Below are positions 37,031 through 51,386 of a stretch of 64,000 bases of DNA, piece by piece. Under the pieces are notes generated by a model, which was given only the letters and a program-made list of their open reading frames with translations, was not told the origin of the DNA and made no database searches. The position numbers and the translations under genes were made by a program. The stretch's first letter is position 1. The number at the start of each line of letters is the position of its first letter. Source of the stretch: Anthoceros angustus (taxonomy: Eukaryota > Plantae > Anthocerotophyta); NCBI GenBank assembly GCA_010909165.1, contig VJWM01000019.1, forward strand, positions 496,001 through 560,000, given 5' to 3'.

Positions 37031-38741
37031 ATTGGACCTCTTTGCCGCTTCTATTCAGGCACGTCTCCCAGAAACAGACGCGAAGGCAGAGGAGAAGAGC
37101 AGACAAAGCATGCTGACTGCCTCGAGGCAGCCAAAAGCACTGTCGAATGTCGAATGTCGAATGCGGAAAAGAAACAGTCACCAAATGCCTCCTAAACGCC
37201 CACAGACCTGTCACAAAAGCTCCTGGTAAGCACCACCAGATACATCACAACGATACCGTGATTCACACTTTCCCCACAGAAATACATAACCTAATCCCGG
37301 GCCCAACCAACGCGGAGCTCACTCACTCACTCACAAGCACCAGAAACACTGATCCCGGAACCCAAAAAATGCTCTCACCACGCCCTCCCGCAGGCCCAAA
37401 TCCTCCCCCATTCCACCCGTGGCAAGAGTCCCAAACCCAGAATCTCCTCTCAATCACATCGACTCTGCAATCGCCCACCAACCTCACGCAAAACACAAAC
37501 ACAAACCCAAACACAAACACAAACGCGACTCAATCCGTCCCCGCCGGAGCTGGTCACCTGCCAAACGGGCGAGAGGAGAGGGCTGTGCACCACACCAGAG
37601 CGGAGGAAGGGGGGAGGAAGGTTCGGAGGAGCGCGGGGAGGAAGAAGGGGGGAGAAGGTGGGAGGGTGGATGGGTGTTCGAAAGGCTGTCACCGGGGAGG
37701 AGGACGCGGAGTTGGGTGTTATAAGCAGCACGTTGCGCAAGGCGTCGTGGAGTGAGAAGCTGGCTGGCTGGCTTCCTTCCGAGGGCCGGGAGTCCGGGAC
37801 CCAGCGGGAGGAGCAACCGGTGGTGGCAGATCTGGGTAGCTGGGGACGACAGGTAGCTACAGGAGGGATCTGGTGGTGGAGCCGGCTGGATCCATGGCTG
37901 AGCCAGAGGCCACCCATGTGTTGCCTACCGTCTCTGCCAACTCGCACCACCTACGGCCAAGCCAACGCGGACATACAAGATACATACCTACAACCGACAC
38001 GCTGGCCCGGCGCCGCCGAAGAAGAAGGGCGTGCGTCTCATCCGCCATGACAGTTCAGTACAGTACGTAGCCACAGCGGCGCGCACGGTGACAAAGCTGG
38101 AACTTCAATCCAATGGAGTCCAGGGTCTATCTTGCTATCCGTTCCACTGGCTTTTACCACGGTCAGCTTTGTTTCTTCCGTCGCACTCTTCGCACAAGAC
38201 TCAGCCGTGCGGGCACTGGTGAACAGGAAATTAGGGTTGTGGCGTACCCGCAACTCAATCGCGATGAGCTCGAGGTAGAACGCAGCTCCTGGGACTGGCT
38301 CCTTCGATGGGCGCGATGACAGGCCCCACCAACCCCTCGCCTCCGTCACCCATGCCCTGTCCTGCTTGCTGGACAGCGGACAAGTTCGTTATAGCCTGGG
38401 GGGAAATTAGGGCAACAGCTGCGTGGAGTCAAACGACTAGGTACAGGGGTGTAGGTTACATAGGTGGCATGTGGGTACATGCATGCTCACGCAACCAATT
38501 CGGTTACCGGTTAGTCTACCAATCACAGCCACTTTATTGGAAGGGCCTGTCATCAGGAAAACAATTGCATCAGACAAGGAAGCATGGATGCATGTACCTC
38601 CTACCTACTCACGCAGCCTGTCAAAATCCCCGCTGTCCCATTTCTGACTGCTTCCTGTCATTAATTTTTATCTACATGTACATCGGAGGTGATCAACTCG
38701 ACTGCTTGGTTGCGAGGCAAAAAAGCGGAGTATGCTACTCA

Positions 38742-41384
38742 CTACTTGGTTCTTGTCACCACGTGCTCCGCCAACTCGCTCAGAGCCCGCCGGCATTGCT
38801 GCACCCTCTCAGAATCGGAGGCAGGGAGAGAAGCAATGGCTTCAGCAGCCTGCGCGGCGTGCTGGGCTGCCAGATCTCGGGTCCTCTTGATGCCGTTGCT
38901 GCTGTTCACCAATTTCAGGGCCTGTAAGGAACCAGCAGTTTACCCGTTGGTTCATACTACTGTGAAAAGGCAGGGAGATTTGAGTGCAACGAGGAATGGG
39001 GTGCCGAAGGCTACCAGATTGACATCCTCTGGGGCCTTAAATCCCCGGTTGATCAACTCGTACATTTGTGGCTGCTCCTCCAATGCAAATAGTACCGGAG
39101 CTGTTACCAGACCCTGTTGGGACACAAAAACAGGGCTGCAGAACCTCTCTTGCTGATAACAATACGCCTGCTTAAGCATAAGTCCAGAGACATACCTGGC
39201 GCAAGTCAGAGAGAGCTGGCTTTCCCAGAGTGGCTTGTGTTCCAGTAAAATCCAACGCATCATCAACTAGCTGATAAGCAAGACCCTGCGTGGTGTTCCA
39301 AACGCTTAGTCTCAAGACGCGACACTTGTATCAGCTCAGTGCATGCATCAGGTTAAAGTAACGAGAACCCAATCCTCATCCCTAAACGTACCAGGTGGCG
39401 TCCATACTCAAATGCGAGTGTGGCAACCTCAGCTGGCTGATCAGCCAAGATTGCTATTGACTTGCAACTATTGGCCATCAAAGAGGCAGTCTTGTAGAAA
39501 GTTTTCTTCATATAATACTCCATACTGCAGTACAAGCCAGATTTTCTATTCAAGCAAGGGAATACATGGTAAGCACAAGAAAAAACAGATGCAGGCACAC
39601 CTGAAATTATCTTCTTTTTCGCTGGTCAGCTGCATGATTTCACCAGTGACCAAATGTTCCAATACCTTCGACAGCAACTCCACAACCTGTACATCGAAGA
39701 AATGGTGAGGACAGAATGAAAAAACTGCAGCAAACCGATCATACAGTTGCCTCAGGTTCTTGCATTGCCAAGCAACAGCATAGCTATACCTCGGTATTTT
39801 TTAAGGACGCAAGTGCAACAGAAGCCCGTGCTAGTAGAAAGTCCCCAGCCAGGACAGCCAGCTGCACAATCAGGTTTGGCCACGCTGTCAGTTTACATCA
39901 GTTCAGAACTTTGAGCATTACAGCAGTCCAGAACATTCTTCAAAGTTCTGAACTGCTGACAACAGTAACAATGTAATGCTCCAATCTAGACTACAACACT
40001 CTCTGGCAATGGACAGCGCGTATCACTTATCACTGCCAGCGTCATGCAATTATACGGTGCCATAAATCAGCAAGGTCAGCAACTTGCCTTGTTGCCCATT
40101 ACGAAGTTCAGAGAACCAACGCCTCTGCGAGTTTCTGCAAGGTCCAAGACGTCGTCATGGAGAAGGCTTGCAACCTACAAGGAACCATAAAGTATTAGCC
40201 AACCTGCTACCAGAACAGCTGCCAGACCCTGTGTGTTGCACAGGAACAAGGACGTACATGGATCATTTCCGTGATTTCGGCAATGCGCTGCTGCCTCAAC
40301 CTCCGCTCCTTTACCATATGATCGCTGACAAAAGTTGAGGCCATATCTGGTAGCACTACAGTCATTGATGATGCCATCAGCAATAACACCTGACAGGAAC
40401 GTAGAAAAATGATATTTGTGAATCGCCTCACTGCTTTACAGGTTATCTGAGTTTACAGAGAGCTTTGGAAAGTAGCGACAACAAAGTCCATGCTAAAACA
40501 GCCATGAGAGATATCGTACCATAGGCCGAAAACGTTTTCCTTCCACACCAAGCTTGAAGAAATATTCAGCAGCTGATGCTAACCTAGGAACCTGCAGCAC
40601 CAGGGCACCATTTAAGCAATGAACAAAGACACAGAAAAGGTCCTCTCACCTCACAAGCAGGTGTCGCTGCAGTAAATTGCTGTCCATCTTGCCACAAAAA
40701 TCCGACAACATGCACTTACCTCAACGGAAACCATGTCACGCAATCTGTGCGCCAGCAAAGCCAGCTCATCTGCCACCAAGGAAAAGGGGTCCAACTTATC
40801 CTGCACACGTCCAGCTCCTAAAATTACACAAGGCCTCACCGAACGGAGTGAATCTCCTTCTCAACATCAGGTCCACCAGAAGAGCTGACGTGAACCGAGC
40901 AGCTGCAAATCACCTGGTGCTTGGCATAGCTGCCAGATGAGGACTCCTGAAGACCAGGATCCAACACAGGCTGGAAACCGGCGAACTTCCTCTGCACAAC
41001 TCGGGGCAAACATGACAACAGCTCCGCCGGATCCGACGACACTAAACCCCTAGCGGATCCGGGTGCATCAAAGGGGAGGCACCGCTGCCCCCGAGCAGCG
41101 ACCGCCAGCTGTAGTCGCACCTGCCAGAAACAATCCCAGTTCAAACCCGCAAAAATTCCATTCCAACAAATACCACCAATTCTCACAAATCCTCCACCAG
41201 CGCATTCACCGGCCGCCGATCGACAACAAAAACCCCCCAAACTAGGTCAAAACAACGCAAAAAACGAGCTGCACCAAATCCTCGCCACCACAGCATCCAA
41301 GCCCCACATTGCACGCAATCAGAGCAAAAGCAGAGCCGGGAGGGCAGAGCCACGCACTCGCTGCAGGTTGCGCAGCAACCTCAT
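38742..41384 (-). CDS. Trans-prenyl (solanesyl/geranyl) diphosphate synthase, SPS3/GPS-type, multi-exon
   Basis: [24 protein letters not shown], and a C-terminal [16 protein letters not shown] with stop at 38742-38744. Start MRLLRNLQR at 41384 is inferred. Confidence 0.88.
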
Positions 41385-41899
41385 CTCCGACCCGAATGCG
41401 GAGATCAGCAGACAGAGCAACCGCCGTCTCCTCCGACCATCCCCTCACCGCAGCGCCAGCACCCCCGGCAGGAGGGCCTGCCTGCGCCGCCCCGGCTGCC
41501 AACACGTGGCCTCAGTCAATTCCAGCCCGCGGCCGCCCCCGCGATTCACCTGCTCAGCGCCAGGGGATCTCCAAGCTCCACACAAGCAGCGGGGCACGGA
41601 CATGGGGCCCCACCGCCGATCTCACCGCAGGCTCCCCACAGTCGACAGCAATTTGCAAACACTCCCCAACCCCTCGTTTTCACATCGGCCAGTGCCGACT
41701 CCTTCAGGAACGTCAAATAGTGTGCCTCCTACCTACATACATGCTTTGCAAGTGCCACGCCCCAGCAAGTATGTATCTATGTACCTACATACATTACCTA
41801 TACGTGTAAATCGTGCATTTTGATTAATTGAATGTAGAAAAATATGAGATAATCGATCCACCACCTAATAAGGTTGTAGTCCATACATAAAGCTGCAGT

Positions 41900-42990
41900 T
41901 AAGTTCGTATGTGGGTGTCACGATTTTTGGTCGCAAGTTCAACTGGTTTTCTCGCACCACCAAGGGGATGGGTTCTGATGGTATTCTGCGTCGAGCTTCA
42001 TGCAAGCTGAATATTCAAGATATCAACCTCCAGAAGCAGCTTTTCAACACACTGGTCATACCCTCAACTTCGTATGGTGCTAAAATCTAGAGCCCGGGTC
42101 TCTCCTCTTCCTCTTGGGCTAAGGTGGAAAGGTACAGGCTTCTTTTATCCGTGCTCACATTGCTTGCAAGCGTTCGACCCCCTTAACTATTTCCCTTTCT
42201 GAATTTGCTGCCTTCTTTCTTGAACTTGATGGCCTCTTTCGCCTATCATGTTTCCTTGACCGCCTCCTCCTCCTTGACATTGCTAACTCCATCCCTCCCC
42301 TCTACCATCTCCTTGCCTACAGATCTTCCTGTTCCCTTTGGGTCAATTATGATTTCCAAGCTTCTTTTTGTTGGCTCTCCCAGGCCAGTGATTAGCTTAA
42401 AAGACTAGAATTTGAACCTTTTGGACCCCCCAGCTTGGCTTACTCCCCATTCCCCCTTCCTCCTTTCTCACCTCCTTCCGAGCCACCTCATCCGGTGGGA
42501 CCTTAGGTTTAAATACCTTCGTCTCACTTGGTCCCCCTTCTCATTTGCCCCTCTTCTAACGCCCAGACTCTATTTCTACAAGGAGGAGTTTCATGTCAAT
42601 CCCCCCTCTCGTTTCCCTACTCTACCACGCTACCTCAGTTCTCCTATCTCCTTCAAGCTCTGCACACTCATCGATCAATTCCGTGTTAGCTCCCATCAGC
42701 TCTGAATTGAGACCAACCGTTGGCTTAAGCCCACGCCGTCTCAGGTTGCTCGTATTTGCAAGCTCTGCTCCCTCGACACTCAATCTAAATGACACTTCCT
42801 CTTCTATTGCCATGTCTATGCTCCTATTCGGGCTCATTACTCTCTTCCTTTTTAGTGTGCTAGGTTTTCCTTGCGCAAATTCTTCTCCTTTCATGTACCT
42901 AAGCTCACTGGCCTATGTCTCTGAGCTTCTTGATTATCGGACCAAGTTAGACTCTTTATAGATTCTTGCCTCTTTTTTCATTCTTATACC
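41900..42990 (+). mobile_element. LINE 3' remnant (post-RT region and Cys/His knuckle), partly repeated at 44314-45100
   Basis: Broken frames give INLQKQLFNTLVIP, YGAKI*SPGLSS, FRVSSHQL.IET.RW and C..C..H..F.C..Y, typical of LINE ORF2 C-termini. Confidence 0.6.
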
Positions 42991-45900
42991 TTTCCCTCAT
43001 TTTTTCTCATCTCATACAGTCTATGTCTCTCTAGTTTAGACGTACATATGTGCACGTAGTGTTTTGTTCATTTTATGTGCGGAAGACCTCTCACACAAAC
43101 ACTAAGTGCAGGAGACAATGAATGAATTAATAATGTAAAAATTGTTCTTATATACACAGTAAAGTCATTAACCCTAAACTAAATAACTGAGGTAGGTTAA
43201 ATAAGTATAACACTTCCACTTAACATATCGAGGTCAAACTAACGTGTCAGGCATTGAAAACATCTCGACCAAATGCACCTCGTGACCGGCAATTGGACTC
43301 CTCTCCATACACAGCATGGAAGGCATGAGCTTGGTTCTCGCATGCGACGTCCATATTGTAACCCTCAAGATGGATCTCGGATAACACTAGTTACGACTAT
43401 GACCATCACAATCACCACAACCCTAGCGGCGTGGTTACGCGGCTATGGTGCGGACGCAAAATCAGCAGTTGAGCAGCCAAAAGCGACCGGTAACCCCACG
43501 AGGCGGCCATTGGCAAGCTCCCACTCACCAAAGAGCTCGTGAAGAGTCACACAACAGACGAAGAAACTCACTCTACAACTCGGTTAGAGCGTCCAAAACC
43601 CACAGCGGCCGACAAGAATATGTTGCGGTCTTCACAAAATCCTTCTCAAGTATGACAAGCGAAGGTAGCATTGTCGGCATGGGCAGGGCGTATGAGTTGG
43701 AGGAGCTTGTCTTGCAGGCCCAAACAAGATGAACGGAAGGCCTTTAATCGATGTAGAGTGTCAGGCTATGGTAGAAGACTTAATATAGTCCAGCCCATGT
43801 GACCAGATAGACCACCTCAAGAGGTAAACACTTCAGCCATGCGCCTAGAAGATGTTGCCAATACACCTCTGCAGGGAACTCACGATTGTCTGCAATAATA
43901 AACTTCATCCACTAGGTTGCCTGATTATATGTGGTGATCCGTGAACGCAAGTTGGGTCGCATAGCATACTCAAAGATCAAAACATGAAATCCACCACAGA
44001 GGCTGTGTCCGGACTTGCTTTGAGGATCAAACGTCAGATGTGAGTGTAAGCATAATAAACTCTTTAAGCCACAAGGCTACCATATGCTTGTAGTGTATAA
44101 ACTTAGGCAAGCCCTTGGTAAGAACGTCAGCCGTATTTTGTTTAGTGTTGACATATTCCACTTTCCTAACCCCTCGCTCAGCCACATCTCTAATATAGTG
44201 ATGATATAGCTCAGAGTCTATGTGCTTTGTCTTGGCATGAAAGCGTGGATTGGACACAAGTGTAATAGTTGATATATTATCACAAAGGAGTACATGTAGA
44301 GTGAATAAGTGAATAAAATCTAGAGCCCGGGTCTCTCCTCTTCCTCTTGGGCTAAGGTGGAAAGGTACAGGCTTCTTTTATCCGTGCTCACATTGCTTGC
44401 AAGCGTTCGACCCCCTTAACTATTTCCCTTTGGGTCAATTATGATTTCCAAGCTTCTTTTTGTTGGCTCTCGGGCGGTGATTAGCTTAAAGACTAGAATT
44501 TGAACCTTTTGGACCCCGACAGCTTACTCCCCATTCCCCTTCCTCCTTTCTCACCTCCTTGAGCCACCTCATCCGGTGGGACCTTAGGTTTAAATACCTT
44601 CGTCTCACTTGGTCCCCCTTCTCATTTGCCCCTCTTCTAACGCCCGGACTCTATTTCTACAAGGAGGAGTTTCATGTCAATCCCCCTCTCGTTTCCCTAC
44701 TCTACCACGCTACCTCGGTTCTCCTATCTCCTTCAAGCTCGCACACTCATCGATCAATTCCGTGTTAGCTCCCATCGACTCAATTGAGACCAACGTTAGC
44801 TTAAGCCCCTGTCTCGGGTTGCTCGTGTTTGCAAGCTCTGCTCCTCGACACTCAATCTAAATGACACTTCCTCTTCTATTGCCATGTCTATGCTCCTATT
44901 CGGGCTCATTACTCTCTTCCTTTTTAGTGTGCTAGGTTTTCCTTGCGCAAATTCTTCTCCTTTCATGTACCTAAGCTCACTGGCCTATGTCTCTCTGAGC
45001 TTCTTGATTATCGGCAGACCAAGTTAGACTCTTTATAGATTCTTGCCTCTTTTTTCATTCTTATACCTTTCCCTCATTTTTTCTCATCTCATACAGTCTA
45101 TGTCTCTCTAGTTTAGACGTACATATGTGCACGTAGTGTTTTGTTCATTTTATGTGCGGAAGACCTCTCACACAAACACTAAGTGCAGGAGACAATGAAT
45201 GAATTAATAATGTAAAATTGTTCTTATATACAGTAAAGTCATTAACCCTAAACTAAATAAGCGGGGTAGGTTAAATAAGTATAACACTTCCACTTAACAT
45301 ATCGAGGTCAAACTAACGTGTCAGGCATTGAAAACATCTCGACCAAATGCACCTCGTGACCGGCAATTGGACTCCTCTCCATACACAGCATGGAAGGCAT
45401 GAGCTTGGTTCTCGCATGCGACGTCCATATTGTAACCCTCAAGATGGATCTCTGGATAACACTAGTTCTGCCGACTATGACCATCACAATCACCACAACC
45501 CTAGCAGCGTGGTTACAACAGCTATGGTGCGGACGCAAAATCAACGGATTGAGCAGCCAAAAACGACCCAGGGTAACCCCACAGGAGACGGCCATTGGCA
45601 AGCTCCCACTCACCAAAGAGCTCAGCGAAGAGTCACACAACCAGACGAAGAAACTCACTCTACAACTCAGTTAGAACGTCCAAAACCCACAACGGCCGAC
45701 AAGAATATGTTCTGCAGTCTTCACAAAATCCTTCTCAAGTATGACAAACTGAAGGTAGCATTGTCGGCAGCATGGGCAAGGACGTATGAGTTGGAGGAGC
45801 TTGTCTTGCACAGGCCCAAACAAGATGAACCAGGAAGGCCTTTAATCGATGTAGAGTGTCAGGCTATGGTAGAAGACTTAATATAGTCCAGCCCATGTGA

Positions 45901-46428
45901 CCAGATAGACCACCTCAAGAGGTAAACACTTCAGCCATGCGCCTAGAAGATGTTGCCAATACACCTCTGCAGGGAACTCACGATTGTCTGCAATAATAAA
46001 CTTCATCCACTAGGTTGCCTGATTATATGTGGTGATCCGTGAACGCAAGTTGGGTCGCATAGCATACTCAAAGATCAAAACATGAAATCCACCACGTAGG
46101 TATGTCCGGACTTGCTTTGAGGATCAAACGTCAGATGTGAGTGTAAGCATAATAAACTCTTTAAGCCACAAGGCTACCATATGCTTGTAGTGTATAAACT
46201 TAGGCAAGCCCTTGGTAAGAACGTCAGCCGTATTTTGTTTAGTGTTGACATATTCCACTTTCCTAACCCCTCGCTCAGCCACATCTCTAATATAGTGATG
46301 ATATAGCTCAGAGTCTATGTGCTTTGTCTTGGCATGAAAACGTGGATTGGACACAAGTGTAATAGTTGATATATTATCACAAAGGAGCTGTGTGGCAACA
46401 GGGCTGAGATAAGTGAATAAAATCTAGA
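42081..46428. repeat. Tandem duplication of ~2.1-2.2 kb (LINE tail + copia LTR + RNase H)
   Basis: Units 42081-44313 and 44314-46417. TAAAATCTAGA occurs at 42081, 44314 and 46418. ORFs 44027-44257 and 46124-46354 encode identical proteins. Confidence 0.95.
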
Positions 46429-47237
46429 AACTGTCTTTCCCACTATGCTTCTTTACGTGCATCTGTTAAGGCCTTATACTCAGCTTCCGTTGATGACAGG
46501 GCAGGGCACCTGCCCTGTCAGAAGCCTAATATATCTAGTCCGTTTGCCAGATCTTGTACATTAGCAAAGATCGCGTCCAATTTGTCGCCCAACTCTAATA
46601 GGTGAGTCGTTTGCTAGAGCAATTGTAAAGCGCCTCAGCCGATTCCAGTCTTTTGGTAAGAATCTTTGCAGAATGCCACCAATTCCGCCCTTGTTCGTCA
46701 AGATCAGCAGACATTGATGGCTAACGACCAATTTCCAATTTCCCTTTGGAGGTGCGAGTGACTCGATCGCAACAATCGTGAATCCAGAAGATTTGATGGG
46801 AAAGAATTGCTCCTGCAGGGACTTGAAGGCAGCCACTCAGCACGAAGCCCGCCTCTGCACGACATCTCGGGAGGACAACTTAGAAGCCACAAATTCGGCT
46901 TAAAGACATTATGCGTAATGAAATCAGAGTAGTCCTAGAATCAACTAATCTATAGCTAGTTATGCAAGGACAAACACACGTTGGACACATGATAGAGCAT
47001 CCTTGATAGGAAGGCATGCTAGATTATGTGTTCAACAATATTGATTGCCCTGTGCTTAGATGGCTATCATCTATTTAAGCTCTGATACCATGTTCATTTT
47101 ATGTGCAGAAGACCTTTCACACGAATACTAAGTGCAGGAGACATGAATGAAGTGATAGCATCAAAATTGTTCTTATATACAACGTAAGGTCGTTAACCCT
47201 AAACTAAATAACTGAGGTAGATTAAATAAATATAATT
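45142..47237 (-). mobile_element. Internally deleted Ty1/copia element; partial duplicate at 43065-44313
   Basis: LTRs at about 47091-47237 and 45142-45286 (and 43065-43212). tRNA-Met PBS TGGTATCAGAGC (reverse complement of about 47079-47090). PPT-like AAGTGGAAG. RNase H motifs SSTEAEYKAL and NPRFHAKTKHID..ADVLTKGL. No TSD found. Confidence 0.85.
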
Positions 47238-47651
47238 CTAATATATTTCACCTCCTTTTTATACTATACTATATCCTATGTCATTCCTTAGTAGACATAA
47301 ATAAAGTTGCTGTTGTCATTATTATTATTATAACTGAGTTATTAAAAATACATAGAACATTACCTTTGTATGGGCAAGGGTTCCATTCCCATCCTCAGCA
47401 ATTCCATGGCTGACAAAGATGAGTATGATGGCAGACCAAACACAGGTCGAGGTGCAGCCGTATATATAGTAGATACCTGACCCCATTACTCAGGGAGGCT
47501 GGTCAGGGAAGGGACGCTTACGTTGTAACTTGTCTATCTAGAAAATAAAAATGGAAGCGGAGGAGGGGGTTAGTCGCGGTTACGGCTCCCTTCGCAGCTC
47601 GAAGCTTGCAAGAAGGAGAATCGGAAGCCGGCGGAGCCAGCGCGCTGGTCC

Positions 47652-49056
<1,405 letters not shown>

Positions 49057-50010
49057 CGACCTTGTACCCTCACCCTAACGAATCCAACATGAAGCTACCA
49101 TTGAATCCCAATTCTGAGAACCCACTGGTCCTTGACCTTTGATTATGCAACTCCTTCATCCACAGATCCTCAAGAAGCAGCCTTAGAGCCTCTAGCAGCG
49201 GCACAATGAGATCTACTAGTTCAAGTTCACGGTCGTAGCTGCATAAACACGACTGGCACAAGAATTCACGTATTTCGGATTCATAACATGAAAAGGGCGA
49301 GACTGGTGAGCCGAGACCAGCAATCCTGGAGTTGGGCTGCCACAGAGTGGGCCACTGAAGGCAAGGAAAGTTATTTCTTTCTTCGCTCATGAAGCACTGT
49401 AGGCGCTCCGGATTCACTCTGTTCACACCCTGGGCGTCTCCGTGGCCCAGCGAACGGCAAAAGCGGTCTATGCAAACCAGAGGCTTCGAGAAACTGCAGT
49501 TGGTTGTAACGAAGCTTTGTTTTATTTACCGGAGAATGATTGGAATCCAAACTAACAAATGATCTAACTTCATCCACTTGGGTAACTGGTTCTCGTCCCG
49601 GATCATCACAAAAAGAGTCTAGCTACGAACAGCGTCCAACACCGGCTTGACCTTTTATGGCTTGATCTTCGGTGTGAGACTGGTCACAAGGACTCGTGCG
49701 GAACAACGGAACAACTCACGAATGTGAGTTTTTAGCGAAATTAATCGGGTATTTATCAACCAGGTAATTTTGACGAAACTGATCGGGTATTTACATTTAC
49801 GGTAATTTAGAAGACCCTTCGTGTGAAGGATCTTACATCAAGATCATATATCAAGCTCCCCTCAACAGGGATGGGGGCTACCCTATCCGAGTAATGATAC
49901 CAAGTAGCTTAGGCATACCATGGTACAAGTTGTTAAGTACCAAGTCCCATGACGGAAATCCATCCTTAGTGGACTTCAATAAAATTCTTCTTCTTCTTCT
50001 CCAAGGGCAA

Positions 50011-51030
50011 GAGTAATGGGGGTGGGAGGTACCCTAGGCAGGACACTAAGGGTTAGAGTAATTGGGGGTGAGAGCTACCCTAGGCAGGACACTAAGGGTT
50101 AGAGTAATCAGGGGTGAGAGTTACCCTAGGCAGGACACTAAGAGTTGGAGTAATCGTGGGTGGGAGGCACCAAATCCACATCCTAGTAGAGGGTTTCTTA
50201 ACCATGGAGTTCCAATGAACTCCTAGGTACCCTATGTCACAAGTGACCCACGACATCCTCACCAGCCATGCATTATGGGCGAGAGGGCTAGGACGGGCAC
50301 CGAAGATAGCTTCCCATGCCACCCCCTTCTTAGGTCAGAAACGTGGGCATTCAGAAACGGCGTAGGATACACGGGCTTCGACATTAATTAGAAGGTAATT
50401 AGGTAAAGACAATTAAATAGAGTTTACAATGGGTAAATATGTGGGTAGTTGAAATGGGGTTCTTGGCAGAATGCCGGCTATCCCAGGCCACCCCCTTCTT
50501 AGGTCAGAAACGTGGGCATTAAAAAACGGCGACCTAAGAAACGTGGGCATTAAAAAACGGCGTAGGATACGCGGGCTTCGACATTACTTAGAAGGTAATT
50601 AGGTAAAGGCAATTAAATAGAGTTTACAATGGGTGAATATGTGGGTAGTTGAAATGGGGTTTTTGGCAGAACACCGCTCCATGTACAAGAGGCCAAGACA
50701 CGTATGTAAAAGCAGCTATTCTTGTGCCCAACTGGAGTTCACATCGAGCAGCCCAAATGGAGTTCACATCGAGCAGCCTTAGGATCGGAGGTGTTGGTAC
50801 CCCATCCCGGTAGTGATCCGTTATGAGGGTTGTTTAGATCCGTTATGAGGGTTGTTTAACCATGGAGTTCCAATGAACTCCTAGGTACCCCATCCCAATT
50901 GTGATCCTCCTAGAGGGTTGCCTAACCATGGAGTTCCGATGAACTCCTAGGTAGCCCTTCACAGTAGTGATCCGTCTAGAGGGTTGCTTCACCTTGGAGT
51001 TCCAATGGACTCTTGGTTACTATGTCAACC
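50011..51030. repeat. Composite repeat cluster (45-46 bp x3.5, ~170 bp x2, 25 bp x2, ~66 bp hairpin unit x4)
   Basis: GAGTAAT..TACCCTAGGCAGGACACTAAGGGTTA at 50011, 50056, 50102 and 50148. Block duplicated at 50318 and 50487. CCATGGAGTTCCAATGAACTCCTAGG units at about 50200 and 50860-51020, with an inverted copy at about 51455-51510. Confidence 0.9.
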
Positions 51031-51355
51031 GTGACCTCTACATTATAGAGAAAGAAGAAGAGATTTTATAGTCCACTAAGGACGGAGAATATAGTAGAAT
51101 ATATCAAGAGCACTTTGTATTAGAATAATATCCTATATTAAAATTTTATTAAAAATATTTTTAGTAAAAAATCATCTTATCATTTTTAAAATTTATTAAA
51201 ATAAACTTCAAACCAAACAGAGTGATTGCCTTATTCTATAACTACATGTATACTTTGTAAGTACATAGACTAAAATAGTTATGTTATACCATATTATATT
51301 AAAAATTATTACTGAAAATGAATTCATTAAAAATACAATCACCTTATTATAAAAG

Positions 51356-51359
<4 letters not shown>

Positions 51360-51386
<27 letters not shown>
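51360..51386. repeat. (AAT)n microsatellite
   Basis: About 9 consecutive AAT units. Confidence 0.95.

Noticed and set aside
37147-38600. GC-rich region with several ORFs between the patatin and prenyl synthase genes
   Set aside because: No recognisable domain or consistent splice model. It could be UTR/promoter or an orphan gene and needs RNA-seq.
49070-49577. Minus-strand ORFs downstream of PACRGL
   Set aside because: No family recognised; cannot distinguish from 3' UTR antisense noise.
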